From an uncultured Candidatus Actinomarina sp. (GTDB lineage: Bacteria; Actinomycetota; Acidimicrobiia; Actinomarinales; Actinomarinaceae): a stretch of 64,000 bases of DNA. Within the stretch, counting starts at the first letter, position 1, and each line of letters opens with the position of its first letter. The notes under the pieces are model-generated. The model was not told the DNA's origin and ran no database searches. It worked only from the letters and a program-made list of their open reading frames with translations. The stretch is taken from contig CACDUI010000001.1 of NCBI GenBank assembly GCA_902555985.1, forward strand, positions 145,943 to 209,942, read 5' to 3'. Below, one piece after another: positions 30,784 to 42,260 of the stretch. The position numbers were made by a program, and so were the translations under genes.

Positions 30784-31602
30784 ATGACAAAAGTTATAAG
30801 AACTATTAGTAATGATATTCTCGTTGAAAATATCTGTTTTATTCCGACCATGGGTTCTCTTCACAACGGCCATCTTTCACTTGTCGATTTAGGAAAAAAA
30901 ACAAATTTAAAAACATTGGTATCGATATTTTTAAACAGAAGACAATTTAACGATATTAAAGATTTCGAGAATTACCCAAACCAACTAGATTCAGATGTTC
31001 AAAAACTTTATGACAGGGGAGTAGACTATATATTTGTTCCAGAAGAAGACTACATATACCCGAGTTCAGGTATAGAAACAGTCTCACCTAATGAAATTGG
31101 AAGAGTGCTAGAGGGCTACTCTAGACCCGGACATTTTGAAGGGGTCCTGACAGTTGTAAAAAGATTATTTGACTTAATTCAACCTAGCTATTCAGTATTT
31201 GGGAAAAAAGATGCTCAACAATTATTTTTAATTAAGAATATGATTAGAGAATTTAATTTAAACATTCAAATTATTGAAGGGGATATTGTGCGAGATAAAA
31301 ATGGATTAGCTTTAAGTAGTCGAAATAATCATTTATCTTCAACTGCAAAATTAAAGGCTTCATGTATTTTCGACTCTTTACTTAAAACAGCAGAGTCAAT
31401 ATCTTCAAATAAAGACTATGAGGAAGCAATTAAGGAAGGAAGTAAAAACTTTGTAAAAAATGAAATTGTTTTAGATTATCTTGAGTTAGTTGACACAGAA
31501 AACTTTAAATCTCCAAGTAAATATTCAAAGAAATTAAAGTTATTAATTGCGGCTTATGTTGAAAACATAAGACTTATTGACAACGTTGATATAGAACTAT
31601 GA
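30784..31602 (+). CDS. panC: Pantoate--beta-alanine ligase
   Basis: PTMGSLHNGHLSL (the HxGH motif) and FGKKDAQQ. Confidence 0.88.
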   Translation: MTKVIRTISNDILVENICFIPTMGSLHNGHLSLVDLGKKTNLKTLVSIFLNRRQFNDIKDFENYPNQLDSDVQKLYDRGVDYIFVPEEDYIYPSSGIETVSPNEIGRVLEGYSRPGHFEGVLTVVKRLFDLIQPSYSVFGKKDAQQLFLIKNMIREFNLNIQIIEGDIVRDKNGLALSSRNNHLSSTAKLKASCIFDSLLKTAESISSNKDYEEAIKEGSKNFVKNEIVLDYLELVDTENFKSPSKYSKKLKLLIAAYVENIRLIDNVDIEL

Positions 31603-32366
31603 AAAAAATAATTGCAATTGATATTGGAAACACAGAAACCACTGTAGGTATAGGGAATAAAGAAGGTTGGGATTCTTATAGGTTTACAACTCGAGATGCA
31701 AACACTTCAGATGAATTATTAGCTCTTTTTAACTCAACATTTAATTTAGATTTTGACACAAAAAATCAAATATCTGGTTCGATTATATGTTCAGTAGTGC
31801 CTCAGGTAACTAATAATATGTTTCAAGCTGTTGAAAAATATTTAGAATCTGCACCTATTGTTGTTGGGCCTGGAATTAAAACAGGATTAAAAGTAAACAT
31901 TGACAACCCTAAAGAACTTGGACCTGACAGAATAGCAAACTCCGTAGCAGGCTATAAAATTGCTAAATCAGATGTCTTAATAGTTGACCTAGGTACAGCT
32001 ACAACATTTGATGTAGTAAACAAAAAAAAAGAATACCTTGGAGGCGCCATTGCACCAGGTATTAGGATTAGTTTAGATGCTTTAACTTCTAAAACTGCTT
32101 CATTAAAGTCTGTTGAATTAGACTTGCCAAAAAAAGTTGTCGGTAAGAATACATACGAAGCTATTCAGAGTGGATTAATTTATGGCCACGCCTCAATGAT
32201 TGATTCAATGATTGAGAAGCTTTTACAAGAATTAGGCACAATTCCAAAAATTATCATTACTGGTGGTTTAAGCAAAACTATTCAACCTGCTCTTAATTTG
32301 AGCGCAGAGTATGAAGAAGACTTAACATTAATTGGGTTAGAAGAAATATATAACTTAAATAATTAG
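31599..32366 (+). CDS. coaX: Type III pantothenate kinase
   Basis: IAIDIGNTETTVGI and DLGTATTFD, with an ASKHA fold. Confidence 0.85.
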   Translation: MKKIIAIDIGNTETTVGIGNKEGWDSYRFTTRDANTSDELLALFNSTFNLDFDTKNQISGSIICSVVPQVTNNMFQAVEKYLESAPIVVGPGIKTGLKVNIDNPKELGPDRIANSVAGYKIAKSDVLIVDLGTATTFDVVNKKKEYLGGAIAPGIRISLDALTSKTASLKSVELDLPKKVVGKNTYEAIQSGLIYGHASMIDSMIEKLLQELGTIPKIIITGGLSKTIQPALNLSAEYEEDLTLIGLEEIYNLNN

Positions 32367-32375
32367 GATATAGAT

Positions 32376-33863
32376 GTGACAGAATTTTCAAAATCAGAGC
32401 AAGAAATATATAACCTTAGAAAAGATAAGGTTGGTAAATTAAAAGACAGTGAATTAGATTCTTTCCCTACCAGTTTTAAAAATGCCACCTATATTGAGGA
32501 TATAAAATTTAAGCACCAAAGCTTAGAAGGTGGAGAACAAACAGATATAAATGTTCACGTAAGGGGAAGAATTCTAAGTATTAGATCTTTTGGAAAACTC
32601 ACATTTATTGATGTCAAAGACGGAACTGGCAAAATACAGCTTTTAGTTGCAAAAGACGATTTAAAAGAGAGCATACAACAATACATAGAACTTCTCGATG
32701 TTGGTGATTTGATTGGTACTCAAGGAATTGTGATGAAAACAAAAAAAGGAGAATTATCCTTAAAGATTTCAGAGCTAATTTTGTTAAGTAAATCTTTCAG
32801 GTCTCTTCCTGAAAAATGGCACGGATTAAAAGACAAAGAGACACGATTTAGACAACGTTATCTTGACTTTATTGTAAATGATGAAGCAAAAAAGACAATA
32901 GATACAAGATTCAAGGTGCTGCAGCTGGTTAGAGAATTTATGGTAAATGATGGATTTATAGAAGTCGAGACTCCAACCCTTCAACCAAAAGCTGGTGGAG
33001 CTATCGCAAAACCTTTTACAACACACCATAATGCAATGGGTATAGACATGTTTCTTCGAATTGCTCCTGAGCTGTATTTGAAAAGATTAATAATAGGTGG
33101 ATACGAAAAAGTTTTTGAAGTAGGAAAGGTCTTTAGAAACGAAGGAGTTGACCAGACTCACTCTCCCGAATTTACAATGATGGAGAGCTATGAAGCATAT
33201 ACAGATGTCAATGGTGTAATGGACATGGTTGAAAAAATGTGTGAACACATATTTGAAGAATTAAACCATAATTTTAATGTTGAATTTGCAGATAAAGAAG
33301 CTGACTTCAGTTTTCCATGGAAAAGAGTAAGTATGTTTGAATTAGTAAGTAGTCATTTTGAAATTGAAATAAAATATAGTTCAGAATTAAAAGATATTCA
33401 AAGTAAGCTGATTGAAAAACATGATATTCATGTTGAAGCGACAAGTATTGGGGTTTTAGTTTATGAATTATTTGAAAATCATATTGAAGATAAAATTCTT
33501 AATCCAACATTTGTGACTGATTATCCAAAAGAGATCTCACCATTTGCTAGAGAAAGCAAAGAAACAAAAGGAGTTACTGAAAGGTTTGAACTATTTGCAT
33601 TTGGTAGTGAATTAGCAAATGGATTCTCAGAATTGATAGATGCAGTTGATCAGGAAGAAAGACTTAAAGAACAAGCTAAAAAGAAAAAACAGGGTGATGA
33701 GGAAGCCCATGTAGAAGATGAGGATTATATTGAAGCACTAGAGTTTGGACTTCCTCCAACTGGTGGCTTAGGCTTTGGCATAGATCGATTTGTTATGATG
33801 TTAACAAATAACGATTCCATTAGAGAAGTAATTGCGTTTCCACATCTAAAGCCTGAAAATTAA
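32376..33863 (+). CDS. lysS: Lysine--tRNA ligase, class II
   Basis: An OB anticodon-binding N-terminus, class II motifs (FRNEG; GGLGFGIDR) and ELANGFSE. Confidence 0.93.
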   Translation: MTEFSKSEQEIYNLRKDKVGKLKDSELDSFPTSFKNATYIEDIKFKHQSLEGGEQTDINVHVRGRILSIRSFGKLTFIDVKDGTGKIQLLVAKDDLKESIQQYIELLDVGDLIGTQGIVMKTKKGELSLKISELILLSKSFRSLPEKWHGLKDKETRFRQRYLDFIVNDEAKKTIDTRFKVLQLVREFMVNDGFIEVETPTLQPKAGGAIAKPFTTHHNAMGIDMFLRIAPELYLKRLIIGGYEKVFEVGKVFRNEGVDQTHSPEFTMMESYEAYTDVNGVMDMVEKMCEHIFEELNHNFNVEFADKEADFSFPWKRVSMFELVSSHFEIEIKYSSELKDIQSKLIEKHDIHVEATSIGVLVYELFENHIEDKILNPTFVTDYPKEISPFARESKETKGVTERFELFAFGSELANGFSELIDAVDQEERLKEQAKKKKQGDEEAHVEDEDYIEALEFGLPPTGGLGFGIDRFVMMLTNNDSIREVIAFPHLKPEN

Positions 33864-34843
33864 TTTGTACGATTGATCAAATAATTATTTATATTTTCAA
33901 GGATAGGGAAAAGTTCATGATTTTTAAGAGAGTATATGGCTTCAATGCTTTTATTAAAGTATTCGTTAATTACTTCCTTAGATTCGTCAATAATTTCTTT
34001 AGTAGTAAATTCGATTAAGACATTTTCAATATCTATATTTTTTTCTCTTATATCTGTCAGGATTTCTTGATATTTACCCCTGTCCTTAGTTAGTGCGATT
34101 AATACAGGAAGCGTATAAGTCCCCTCTAAAATATCATTACCAGAAGGTTTTCCAAGAGTTGCTGAATCAGAAGTTAAATCTAAAATATCATCGGATATTT
34201 GAAATATAATTCCACAATTCCATCCCCATGTACTTAAGGCTTCAATAACATCACTGTCTGCAGAACTTGCAAGAGAACCTAGCCTTGCACTTGTTCTTAT
34301 TAGGCTTGCTGTTTTTCCTTCTATAACATTTAAATAATCATCAATATTTTGATCAAAATTAAATGCCAAATTAAGTTCATTAGTCTGCCCTTCAACAAGC
34401 TCAGCATATGTTGAAGCAAGCAATTTAACTGATTCTAGTCCTAGGTTTTCCGCAGCAAGCTCAGAAGATCTAGCAAGCAAATAGTCGCCAGCAAGTATGG
34501 ATAATGTTGAGTTCCATTTTGAATTTGAGCTTTCAACCCCTCTTCTAGTAGTTGCATTGTCTATGACATCATCATGATATAAGCTTCCAATATGAATTAG
34601 CTCTACACAAACGCCCGCATCTATAATATTAGAAATATTATCTTTTTCTTTACCAAATTTTCCAGCAAGAGAGGTAACAATCGGACGAAATCTTTTTCCA
34701 CCGGCTTTTATTAGGTATTGAGAAATGGAAGTGAGATATTCATTCGAAGAGCTCGAAACCTCTAGAAGCCTACTTTCTAACACCTCTAAGTTATTCCAAA
34801 TATCATCAAAGGGAATAATTTTTTTAATCTCATTACTTTCCAT
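33860..34843 (-). CDS. Polyprenyl diphosphate synthase (trans-isoprenyl diphosphate synthase family)
   Basis: FARM LIHIGSLYHDDVID and SARM IIFQISDDILD. Confidence 0.82.
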   Translation of the reverse strand: MESNEIKKIIPFDDIWNNLEVLESRLLEVSSSSNEYLTSISQYLIKAGGKRFRPIVTSLAGKFGKEKDNISNIIDAGVCVELIHIGSLYHDDVIDNATTRRGVESSNSKWNSTLSILAGDYLLARSSELAAENLGLESVKLLASTYAELVEGQTNELNLAFNFDQNIDDYLNVIEGKTASLIRTSARLGSLASSADSDVIEALSTWGWNCGIIFQISDDILDLTSDSATLGKPSGNDILEGTYTLPVLIALTKDRGKYQEILTDIREKNIDIENVLIEFTTKEIIDESKEVINEYFNKSIEAIYSLKNHELFPILENINNYLINRTN

Positions 34844-34922
34844 ACTTAAAGAATAAATTAAATGTATAAATAGTTGTAATTTTCATTTAAGTGTATAAAC
34901 AGACAGTTGTTAATATAACAAT

Positions 34923-37403
34923 ATGTTTGAAAGATTTACAGATAGAGCTAGAAGAGTTGTTGTTTTAGCACAAGAGGAAGCCAGAAGGCTCAACCATAAT
35001 TATATTGGAACTGAACACATTCTCCTTGGTTTAATTCAAGAAGGAGAAGGACATGCTGCAAAAGCTCTCGAAGAGCTAAATATTAATATAGACAGTGTTA
35101 GATCAGAAGTTGTTGAGATAATTGGAGAAGGTCAACAATCTCCAAGTGGTCACATACCTTTTACGCCTAGAGCTAAAAAAGTTCTTGAATTATCACTCAG
35201 AGAAGCTTTACAACTAGGACATAATTATATTGGAACGGAACATATATTACTCGGCCTTATCCGTGAAGGAGAAGGTGTAGCCGCACAAGTGTTGAAAAAA
35301 CTTGGTGCAGAATTATCCCAGGTTCGTCAGACTGTCATTAAATTAATTTCATCTGCTGGTGAAAGCAAAAAACAACAAGCGGCATCCACCGGTGGACGAG
35401 AGAGACCTGGTTCAGGAACAGGTTCTGCAATTCTTGATCAATTTGGTAGGAATTTAACAAGAATGGCTAAAGAGGGAAAACTAGATCCTGTTATTGGTCG
35501 AACTACTGAAATTGAAAGAGTGATGCAAATTCTTTCAAGAAGAACTAAAAACAACCCAGTATTAATTGGTGAACCTGGAGTTGGAAAAACTGCAATAGTA
35601 GAAGGTCTGGCTCAAAAAATTGTTTCCGGAGATGTGCCAGTTACTCTTGAAGGAAAACAAATTTATACACTAGATTTATCGGCCCTTGTTGCTGGTTCAA
35701 GATATAGAGGGGATTTCGAAGAGCGCTTAAAGAAAGTCCTAAAAGAAATTAAAACAAGAGGAGACATTGTCTTGTTTATTGATGAAATTCATACATTAGT
35801 AGGGGCTGGTGCTGCAGAGGGAGCAATTGATGCTGCTTCAATATTGAAACCAATGCTAGCAAGAGGAGAGCTTCAGACTGTAGGTGCTACGACCCTTGAA
35901 GAATTTAGAAAGCATTTTGAAAAAGATGCTGCTTTAGAAAGAAGATTTCAGTCAGTTCAGGTTGATGAACCTAAGCTATCTGATGCTATAGAAATATTAG
36001 ATGGTCTAAAAGACCGATATGAGGTTCACCATGGTGTTAGGTTCACGGACCAAGCTATCGCATCAGCTGTAAATATGGCTGATAGGTATATTTCCGACAG
36101 GTTCTTACCTGATAAAGCTATTGACTTGATTGATGAAGCAGGCAGCCGTATGAGAGTTTATAAAAAGCCACTAGATCAAGACAAGCAGGAAATAGCAGAT
36201 AAGCTTAAAAATTTAAGAGAGCAAAAAATCGATGCTGTTCAATCACAACTTTTTGAAAAAGCTGCTCAGATTAGAGATCAAGAAAAGCTTTTATTAGATG
36301 AAGTAAATTCAACTGATTCTTCAGCAGCAACTGAAATTGAAATGGTTATTGATGAAGAAGAAATTGCTGAGGTTCTAGCTCAATGGACTGGAATACCTGT
36401 TCATAGGCTAACTCAGGAGGAAACAGCTCGATTGTTAGAAATGGAAGTTGAGTTACACAAACGAATTATTGGTCAAAATGAAGCAATTGCTGCAGTATCA
36501 AAAGCAATTAGAAGGACAAGATCTGGACTTAAAGACCCTAAAAGACCATCAGGATCTTTTATATTCCTAGGTCCTTCTGGAGTTGGAAAAACAGAGACAG
36601 CAAAAGCCTTAGCTGAGTTCTTGTTTGGAGATGAAGATTCATTAATTCAAATTGACATGTCTGAATACATGGAAAAACATACAGTAAGCAGATTAATCGG
36701 TTCACCTCCAGGCTATGTTGGCTACGATGAAGGGGGACAACTTACTGAAGCTGTAAGAAGAAAACCGTTCAGCATTGTACTACTCGATGAGGTTGAAAAA
36801 GCTCATCCAGATGTTTTCAATACGTTGCTTCAAATTTTAGAAGATGGAAGGTTAACAGATGCACAAGGAAGAACTGTTGATTTCAAAAATACAATTATTA
36901 TCATGACATCCAATCTTGGAACTAAAGATATCGCTAAAAATGTAGGATTTAGTAGTTTAAGCACAATGGATAATTACGAAAAAATGAAATCCAAAGTTAA
37001 CGAAGAGCTTAAAAGATACTTTAGACCTGAATTTTTAAATCGTATCGATGAAACAATTGTCTTTCATGAGCTTATGCTTGAGGAAGTTAAAGAAATTGTA
37101 GATTTAATGCTTGATAGGGTTCATACCCAACTAAAAAATTCTGATTTGGAGATAGTTCTTTCAGATGAAGCAAAAGAACATTTAGCATCAGAAGGTTATG
37201 ATAAAGAATTTGGTGCAAGACCATTGAGAAGATCAATTCAGAGATTACTGGAAGATCCATTGTCTGAAGAGCTTTTGCAAGGAAAGTACAAGGCTGGTTC
37301 AACAATTATTATATCTTTAAACAAAGATGAAGGCACTCTAGAATTTGAGTCTGTTGAGGCTCCTGACGAACCATCCGTTGATTTTGTGGATTCTGAATCA
37401 TAA
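34923..37403 (+). CDS. clpC: ATP-dependent Clp protease ATP-binding subunit ClpC
   Basis: [21 protein letters not shown] is the actinobacterial ClpC1 N-terminus. There are two AAA+ modules with Walker A GEPGVGKT and GPSGVGKT. Confidence 0.93.
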   Translation: MFERFTDRARRVVVLAQEEARRLNHNYIGTEHILLGLIQEGEGHAAKALEELNINIDSVRSEVVEIIGEGQQSPSGHIPFTPRAKKVLELSLREALQLGHNYIGTEHILLGLIREGEGVAAQVLKKLGAELSQVRQTVIKLISSAGESKKQQAASTGGRERPGSGTGSAILDQFGRNLTRMAKEGKLDPVIGRTTEIERVMQILSRRTKNNPVLIGEPGVGKTAIVEGLAQKIVSGDVPVTLEGKQIYTLDLSALVAGSRYRGDFEERLKKVLKEIKTRGDIVLFIDEIHTLVGAGAAEGAIDAASILKPMLARGELQTVGATTLEEFRKHFEKDAALERRFQSVQVDEPKLSDAIEILDGLKDRYEVHHGVRFTDQAIASAVNMADRYISDRFLPDKAIDLIDEAGSRMRVYKKPLDQDKQEIADKLKNLREQKIDAVQSQLFEKAAQIRDQEKLLLDEVNSTDSSAATEIEMVIDEEEIAEVLAQWTGIPVHRLTQEETARLLEMEVELHKRIIGQNEAIAAVSKAIRRTRSGLKDPKRPSGSFIFLGPSGVGKTETAKALAEFLFGDEDSLIQIDMSEYMEKHTVSRLIGSPPGYVGYDEGGQLTEAVRRKPFSIVLLDEVEKAHPDVFNTLLQILEDGRLTDAQGRTVDFKNTIIIMTSNLGTKDIAKNVGFSSLSTMDNYEKMKSKVNEELKRYFRPEFLNRIDETIVFHELMLEEVKEIVDLMLDRVHTQLKNSDLEIVLSDEAKEHLASEGYDKEFGARPLRRSIQRLLEDPLSEELLQGKYKAGSTIIISLNKDEGTLEFESVEAPDEPSVDFVDSES

Positions 37404-37421
37404 ACCCATTAAAATAAACAA

Positions 37422-38354
37422 ATGAAATTCATAATTGATACCGATCCAGGTACAGATGATGCCGTCGCAATACTAATTGCCTTAGCACACTTTAGTGATG
37501 AAGAAATTCTTGCATTGACCACTGTTGCTGGAAATGTGAATGTTGATGTTGGAACAAGAAACGCTTTAAGAATATTGGAGCATTCCGGTAGAAATAATAT
37601 ACCTGTTTATAAAGGAGAAGCAGTTCCGTTAAACAGAGATCTCCTTACAGCTGAGTGGGTACATGGAACTGACGGATTAAACGGTGTAGGATTTCCAGAC
37701 CCTTCAAAAAGTGAAGAGGCAACTGGAGCAGTTGATTACATTACACAATTATTACAAAAAAGTGAAGAAAAAATTACTATTTGCATCTTAGGTCCAATGA
37801 CTAATATTGGAAAAGTTTTAGATTCTAATCCAGAATTAGCTAAAAATATTGAACAAATTATTTTCATGGGAGGTGGAGCAGGATTTGGAAACCACACACC
37901 TGTTGCTGAGTTCAATATATTAGTTGATCCCGAGGCTGCAAAAATTGTTTTAAATTCAGGCGTTAAATTAGTAATGATGGGATTAGATGTCACTCATCAA
38001 GCAATTTCTACTAAAGAGAGGTTAAGTAAAATACTTGATACAGGAACATTAACCGGAGAGCATTGCGTTGCGCTTATGGGTTCACTTGCAGATTTAGATA
38101 TTGTAAAAGAAAAGTTTCCCGATGGAACTCCTGTTCATGATGCATTTGTTACTGCCTATTTAGTAGATAGTTCACTCACGTCTGGTGAATTAACAAATGT
38201 TGAAGTAGAGGTAGATTCTGAATTAACTCTTGGTCAAACAGTTGTAGATACCAATCAAATTTCTGGTAGAAGTAAAAATGTATACTGGATGAACAAAGTT
38301 GATGACGAAAAATTGTTTAACATAATAACAAAAACTGCATCTCTTCTCCCATAA
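37422..38354 (+). CDS. Nucleoside hydrolase (IU-NH family)
   Basis: IIDTDPGTDDAVAI (the DxDxxxDD Ca-binding signature). Confidence 0.82.
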   Translation: MKFIIDTDPGTDDAVAILIALAHFSDEEILALTTVAGNVNVDVGTRNALRILEHSGRNNIPVYKGEAVPLNRDLLTAEWVHGTDGLNGVGFPDPSKSEEATGAVDYITQLLQKSEEKITICILGPMTNIGKVLDSNPELAKNIEQIIFMGGGAGFGNHTPVAEFNILVDPEAAKIVLNSGVKLVMMGLDVTHQAISTKERLSKILDTGTLTGEHCVALMGSLADLDIVKEKFPDGTPVHDAFVTAYLVDSSLTSGELTNVEVEVDSELTLGQTVVDTNQISGRSKNVYWMNKVDDEKLFNIITKTASLLP

Positions 38355-38450
38355 TTTTAAAAATAATTACCTTCATTCAATAAGACACTTTGAATAAATT
38401 CAGATAGAATTATTGAAGTCATTATTTAAATAATGAAGGAGTAAAAATTA

Positions 38451-39575
38451 ATGATTACTAAAAAGAAATCCGTATTTGTACTTCTGTCATTGATGTTGAT
38501 TTTGTCTGCCTGTGGTGGCAGCTCAGAAACAACTACTGAAGAGGTTGCAGAACCAGTAGCAGAAGAAGAGACTTTAGAGTCTCCAGCTACAACTGCAGCA
38601 GCTGCAGCAGAGCCAGAAGTCGAAGCGTTAAAAGTTGGTATAGTACTCGGACCGTTGGGAGACCTTTCTTTCATGGACTCAGCTAAGAGAGGCTACGATA
38701 GTGCAGTAGCTGAACTTGGTATTGATGGAGACTATGTAGAAACAGAACCTAGCGAAAGAGCAGCAGCAATCCAAAACTTTCTAGCTGATGGAAAAGAAAT
38801 GATTATTACAATCGGTTTCTCAGAAGCAGAAATTACAAAAGAAGCTGCAATAGCTAATCCAGGTGTACAATTCGCAATTGTAGACATGGTTGTTACTGCA
38901 GACAATGGAGACCTGCTTCCTAATGTCCAAAACCTTATCTTCAAAGAACATGAAGGATCATTTGAGGTTGGATATATAGCTGGAAAACTTTCAAAAACTG
39001 GCAAAGTAGCATTCATGGGCGGTATGGACGTTCCTATTATTAGGAAATTCCAAACTGGTTGGGAAGAAGGCGCAAGATACGCCAATCCTGATATAGAGTT
39101 CTGTGATGGATACGCCGGTAGTTGGGGCGATCCTGCTAAAGGTAAAGAAATTGGTTTAGCTTGTTTTGAAGGTGGTGCAGATATTATATTTGCAGCAGGT
39201 GGATCAACAGGTAATGGAGCTTATGAAGCTGCAGCTGAGACAGGTAACTTTGCAATTGGTGTTGACTCAAATCAAGACTACGTGCAACCTGGAACAATGA
39301 TTACATCAATGATGAAGAATGTTGACTACGCAGTCTACACAGCCATCGCTGATAGAATTGCTGCTGGTTCAGTATTAAGCACAATTGACTCATATGGATC
39401 TGCAGAAAATGGTGTAGGACCAACATGGTTAGTTGACGGCTCAACACTCTTTGCTGATGAAGGACCTGCTGACATGGCATCCCAAGTCGCAGCCTTAATT
39501 GACGAAGTAGCTGAAGTTAGAGCAAAAATAATTTCTGGTGAAATTGTTGTTACTGATGTAACAGCTGGTGGTTAA
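38451..39575 (+). CDS. BMP-family (PnrA/TmpC-like) nucleoside ABC transporter substrate-binding lipoprotein
   Basis: Lipobox LILSACGG. BMP fold, with an Ala/Glu-rich linker after the signal peptide. Confidence 0.8.
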   Translation: MITKKKSVFVLLSLMLILSACGGSSETTTEEVAEPVAEEETLESPATTAAAAAEPEVEALKVGIVLGPLGDLSFMDSAKRGYDSAVAELGIDGDYVETEPSERAAAIQNFLADGKEMIITIGFSEAEITKEAAIANPGVQFAIVDMVVTADNGDLLPNVQNLIFKEHEGSFEVGYIAGKLSKTGKVAFMGGMDVPIIRKFQTGWEEGARYANPDIEFCDGYAGSWGDPAKGKEIGLACFEGGADIIFAAGGSTGNGAYEAAAETGNFAIGVDSNQDYVQPGTMITSMMKNVDYAVYTAIADRIAAGSVLSTIDSYGSAENGVGPTWLVDGSTLFADEGPADMASQVAALIDEVAEVRAKIISGEIVVTDVTAGG

Positions 39576-39601
39576 TAGACTATCTAACTAGATAAAATTT
39601 G

Positions 39602-39629
39602 ATTTAGCCCGACTAAGGTCGGGCTAAAT
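39602..39629 (+). terminator. Intra-operon hairpin (partial terminator or attenuator) between the SBP and ATPase genes
   Basis: ATTTAGCCCGAC-TAAG-GTCGGGCTAAAT, a 12-bp perfect stem, followed by a moderately U-rich tract. Confidence 0.4.
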
Positions 39630-39636
39630 TATTAAG

Positions 39637-41178
39637 ATGATATATAATCAAAAATTTAAAATGAGTAAAGATTCAATAATACATTTAAAAAATATCACAA
39701 AAGAATATCCAGGTGTTGTTGCTAATAAAAATGTAGATTTTCAAGTTAATAAAGGTGAAATTCATGCCTTAGTTGGCGAAAATGGTGCTGGCAAATCTAC
39801 TCTAATGAAAATACTTTATGGTATTGAGCAACCCACTCAAGGTGAAATATTCATCAATGGAGAAAAGCAAATAATTAGTAAAGTTGAATCTGCAATAAAT
39901 CTTGGTATTGGAATGGTTCATCAAGAATTTACACTGGTTCCAAGCTTTACTGCTCCTGAAAATATTGGGCTAGGGCAAGAACCAAAAAACAATCAAGGGC
40001 TTATTGACTGGAAAGGCTTAAATAAACTAGTTGTTGATATTGCAGAAAAATATGGATTTAAAGTTGATCCAGGATTAAAAATGATAGATGCATCGGTAGG
40101 AGTTCAACAAAGAACAGAAATTCTAAAAACTTTGTATAGAAATGCAAACATCTTAATTTTAGATGAACCTACTGCAGTACTTACTCCACAAGAAACAGAT
40201 GAGTTGTTTACGGTTATAAGAACTCTTGTTGATGAGGGTAAAACTGTAATTTTTATCACTCACAAGCTAAGAGAAGTAATGGAGATTGCTGATAGAGTTA
40301 CTGTTATGAGGGCTGGTGAAGTTCAGGGCGTTTCAGAAATAAAAAATACTTCGATATCTGAATTAGCTTCGCAGATGGTTGGTAGAGAAGTCTTTCTTCA
40401 AGTTAAAAAAGACGAAGCAAAACCTGGTGAAGAAATTTTAAATGTTGAAGATTTATGGGTCCATGATGCAAGAGGACTTTTAGCTGTAAAAGGAATTAAT
40501 CTAAGTATAAATAAAGGAGAAATAGTTGGAGTAGCTGGCGTAGAGGGAAACGGTCAATCAGAATTCGTGGAGGCTCTAACTGGACTAAGAAAAACTAGTC
40601 AAGGTAGTATTAAATACTTAGGAGAGGATATTGCCTCAAGCTCACCTAAGAATATTCGTAGAAAAAAAATAGCACACATACCTGAAGACAGAACTAATAC
40701 GGGACTAAACACGCAACTAAGTATCTGGGAAAACTTAATTGGTAACTCATACTTTAGAAGACCCTTGTCTACAAGAGGTATATTCAATCTTAAAAAAATT
40801 GCAGAACACTCAAACAAGCTCAAAGAAGACTTTGATATTAGAGCTCCAAACATCTCTTTGAAAGTAAAATCCCTATCTGGAGGTAATCAACAAAAAGTCG
40901 TTGTTGCAAGAGAATTATCAGAAGATCCGGTTTTAACTATTGCTTCACAGCCAACAAGAGGGGTAGATATCGGAAATATTGAGGCTATACATGAGCAATT
41001 AGTTCAAATGAGAGATGAAGGAGGGGCAGTTCTACTTGTTTCAGCGGAACTAGATGAGGTCATGGCTGTCGCTGACAGGGTGGCTGTAATGTATGAAGGA
41101 CAAATAGTAAAGTGGGTTAATCCTAAAGAAGTTGATCAGGCACAGATGGGTCTTTATATGGCAGGGATTAAAGAATAA
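39637..41178 (+). CDS. ABC transporter ATP-binding protein with duplicated ABC domains (nucleoside/sugar type)
   Basis: Walker A GENGAGKST and a second NBD with an LSGGNQQK signature. The true start may be the internal ATG at 39661. Confidence 0.85.
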   Translation: MIYNQKFKMSKDSIIHLKNITKEYPGVVANKNVDFQVNKGEIHALVGENGAGKSTLMKILYGIEQPTQGEIFINGEKQIISKVESAINLGIGMVHQEFTLVPSFTAPENIGLGQEPKNNQGLIDWKGLNKLVVDIAEKYGFKVDPGLKMIDASVGVQQRTEILKTLYRNANILILDEPTAVLTPQETDELFTVIRTLVDEGKTVIFITHKLREVMEIADRVTVMRAGEVQGVSEIKNTSISELASQMVGREVFLQVKKDEAKPGEEILNVEDLWVHDARGLLAVKGINLSINKGEIVGVAGVEGNGQSEFVEALTGLRKTSQGSIKYLGEDIASSSPKNIRRKKIAHIPEDRTNTGLNTQLSIWENLIGNSYFRRPLSTRGIFNLKKIAEHSNKLKEDFDIRAPNISLKVKSLSGGNQQKVVVARELSEDPVLTIASQPTRGVDIGNIEAIHEQLVQMRDEGGAVLLVSAELDEVMAVADRVAVMYEGQIVKWVNPKEVDQAQMGLYMAGIKE

Positions 41179-42260
41179 TGGAAAAGTTTTCATTTAAAGA
41201 TGTTTTAGTAACATTTGCTGGTTTGTTTATTACAAGTTTTATAGCGTGGGTATTAATTTCTGCAACAGGAAATAACCCTTCTGAAGTAGCAATGTATTTA
41301 TATGAAGGTGGCTTTAAAGGAACAAGAAATATAGCTAACTCATTGTATCAAGCAACACCCTTAATTTTGACCGCAGTAGCTACATTAATCTCTTTTAGAG
41401 TTGGAATGTTTAACATAGGCATTAATGGTTCAATGTATGTTGGCGCACTTTACGCAGGTTGGGCTGGTTACAAATTTACTACACTTGGACACTTTACTCA
41501 TGTAACAGTTTGTATATTAATTGGAATGGCGGTTGGGGCTGCATGGATGCTTTTACCAGCTTTGTTGAGAGTTTATGCTGGAGTTAGTGAAATAATTTCA
41601 ACTATAATTCTTAACTTTGTAGCTGTACTGTTTGTTTCATATATGGCTAATGGACCATTCAGAGCAGATCCTATTGCACCTTCTACAGCCAGGATTTTAG
41701 AAACAGCTGAACTTAAACAAATATTTCCTAACTCACAATTTAATACGGGTTTCTTTATTGCAGTTTTTGTTGCAATTCTTGCTCATTTTATTCTAAACAA
41801 AACAACATTTGGTTATGAATTACGTTCAGGTGGAGATGGTTTAGTTGGTATGTATCCTTCTAGATTTAGCTCATATCTTGGAATCCCATCTGACAGATCT
41901 GCAATTATTGGTATGTTAATTTCCGGCGCTCTTGGGGGATTAGCTGGTGCAATTGAAGTTTTGGGTGCAGTAAGGTACTTTTTCCAAGAGCTTGAATTTA
42001 ACCAGGGTTTTGATGGGATCTTAATAGGTATACTTGGCAAACTTGAGCCTATAGGTTCAATAATTGCCTCCCTATTTTATGGAGCTATCAAAAATGGTGG
42101 ATTTTATGTAGATTACAAAACAGATGTTTCAAGAGAGATAATAATTGTTCTAATTTCAGTTTTAATTTTCTTTGTAAGTGCTCAAAAGATGGTAAAAGGA
42201 TTAGAAAAATATCCATTTATTAAAAAAATGGATAATTTCTTTTCAAGAAAGAAGATGTAA
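41178..42260 (+). CDS. ABC transporter permease
   Basis: 360 aa polytopic membrane protein immediately downstream of the ATPase. Confidence 0.78.
   Translation: MEKFSFKDVLVTFAGLFITSFIAWVLISATGNNPSEVAMYLYEGGFKGTRNIANSLYQATPLILTAVATLISFRVGMFNIGINGSMYVGALYAGWAGYKFTTLGHFTHVTVCILIGMAVGAAWMLLPALLRVYAGVSEIISTIILNFVAVLFVSYMANGPFRADPIAPSTARILETAELKQIFPNSQFNTGFFIAVFVAILAHFILNKTTFGYELRSGGDGLVGMYPSRFSSYLGIPSDRSAIIGMLISGALGGLAGAIEVLGAVRYFFQELEFNQGFDGILIGILGKLEPIGSIIASLFYGAIKNGGFYVDYKTDVSREIIIVLISVLIFFVSAQKMVKGLEKYPFIKKMDNFFSRKKM

Noticed and set aside
38355-38450. Purine or 2'-deoxyguanosine riboswitch upstream of the nucleoside ABC transporter.
   Set aside because: The leader has inverted repeats but lacks the conserved purine-riboswitch core, with no U-rich J1-2/J2-3 junction pattern and no matching P2/P3 loop-loop. 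It is reported only as a generic structured leader.
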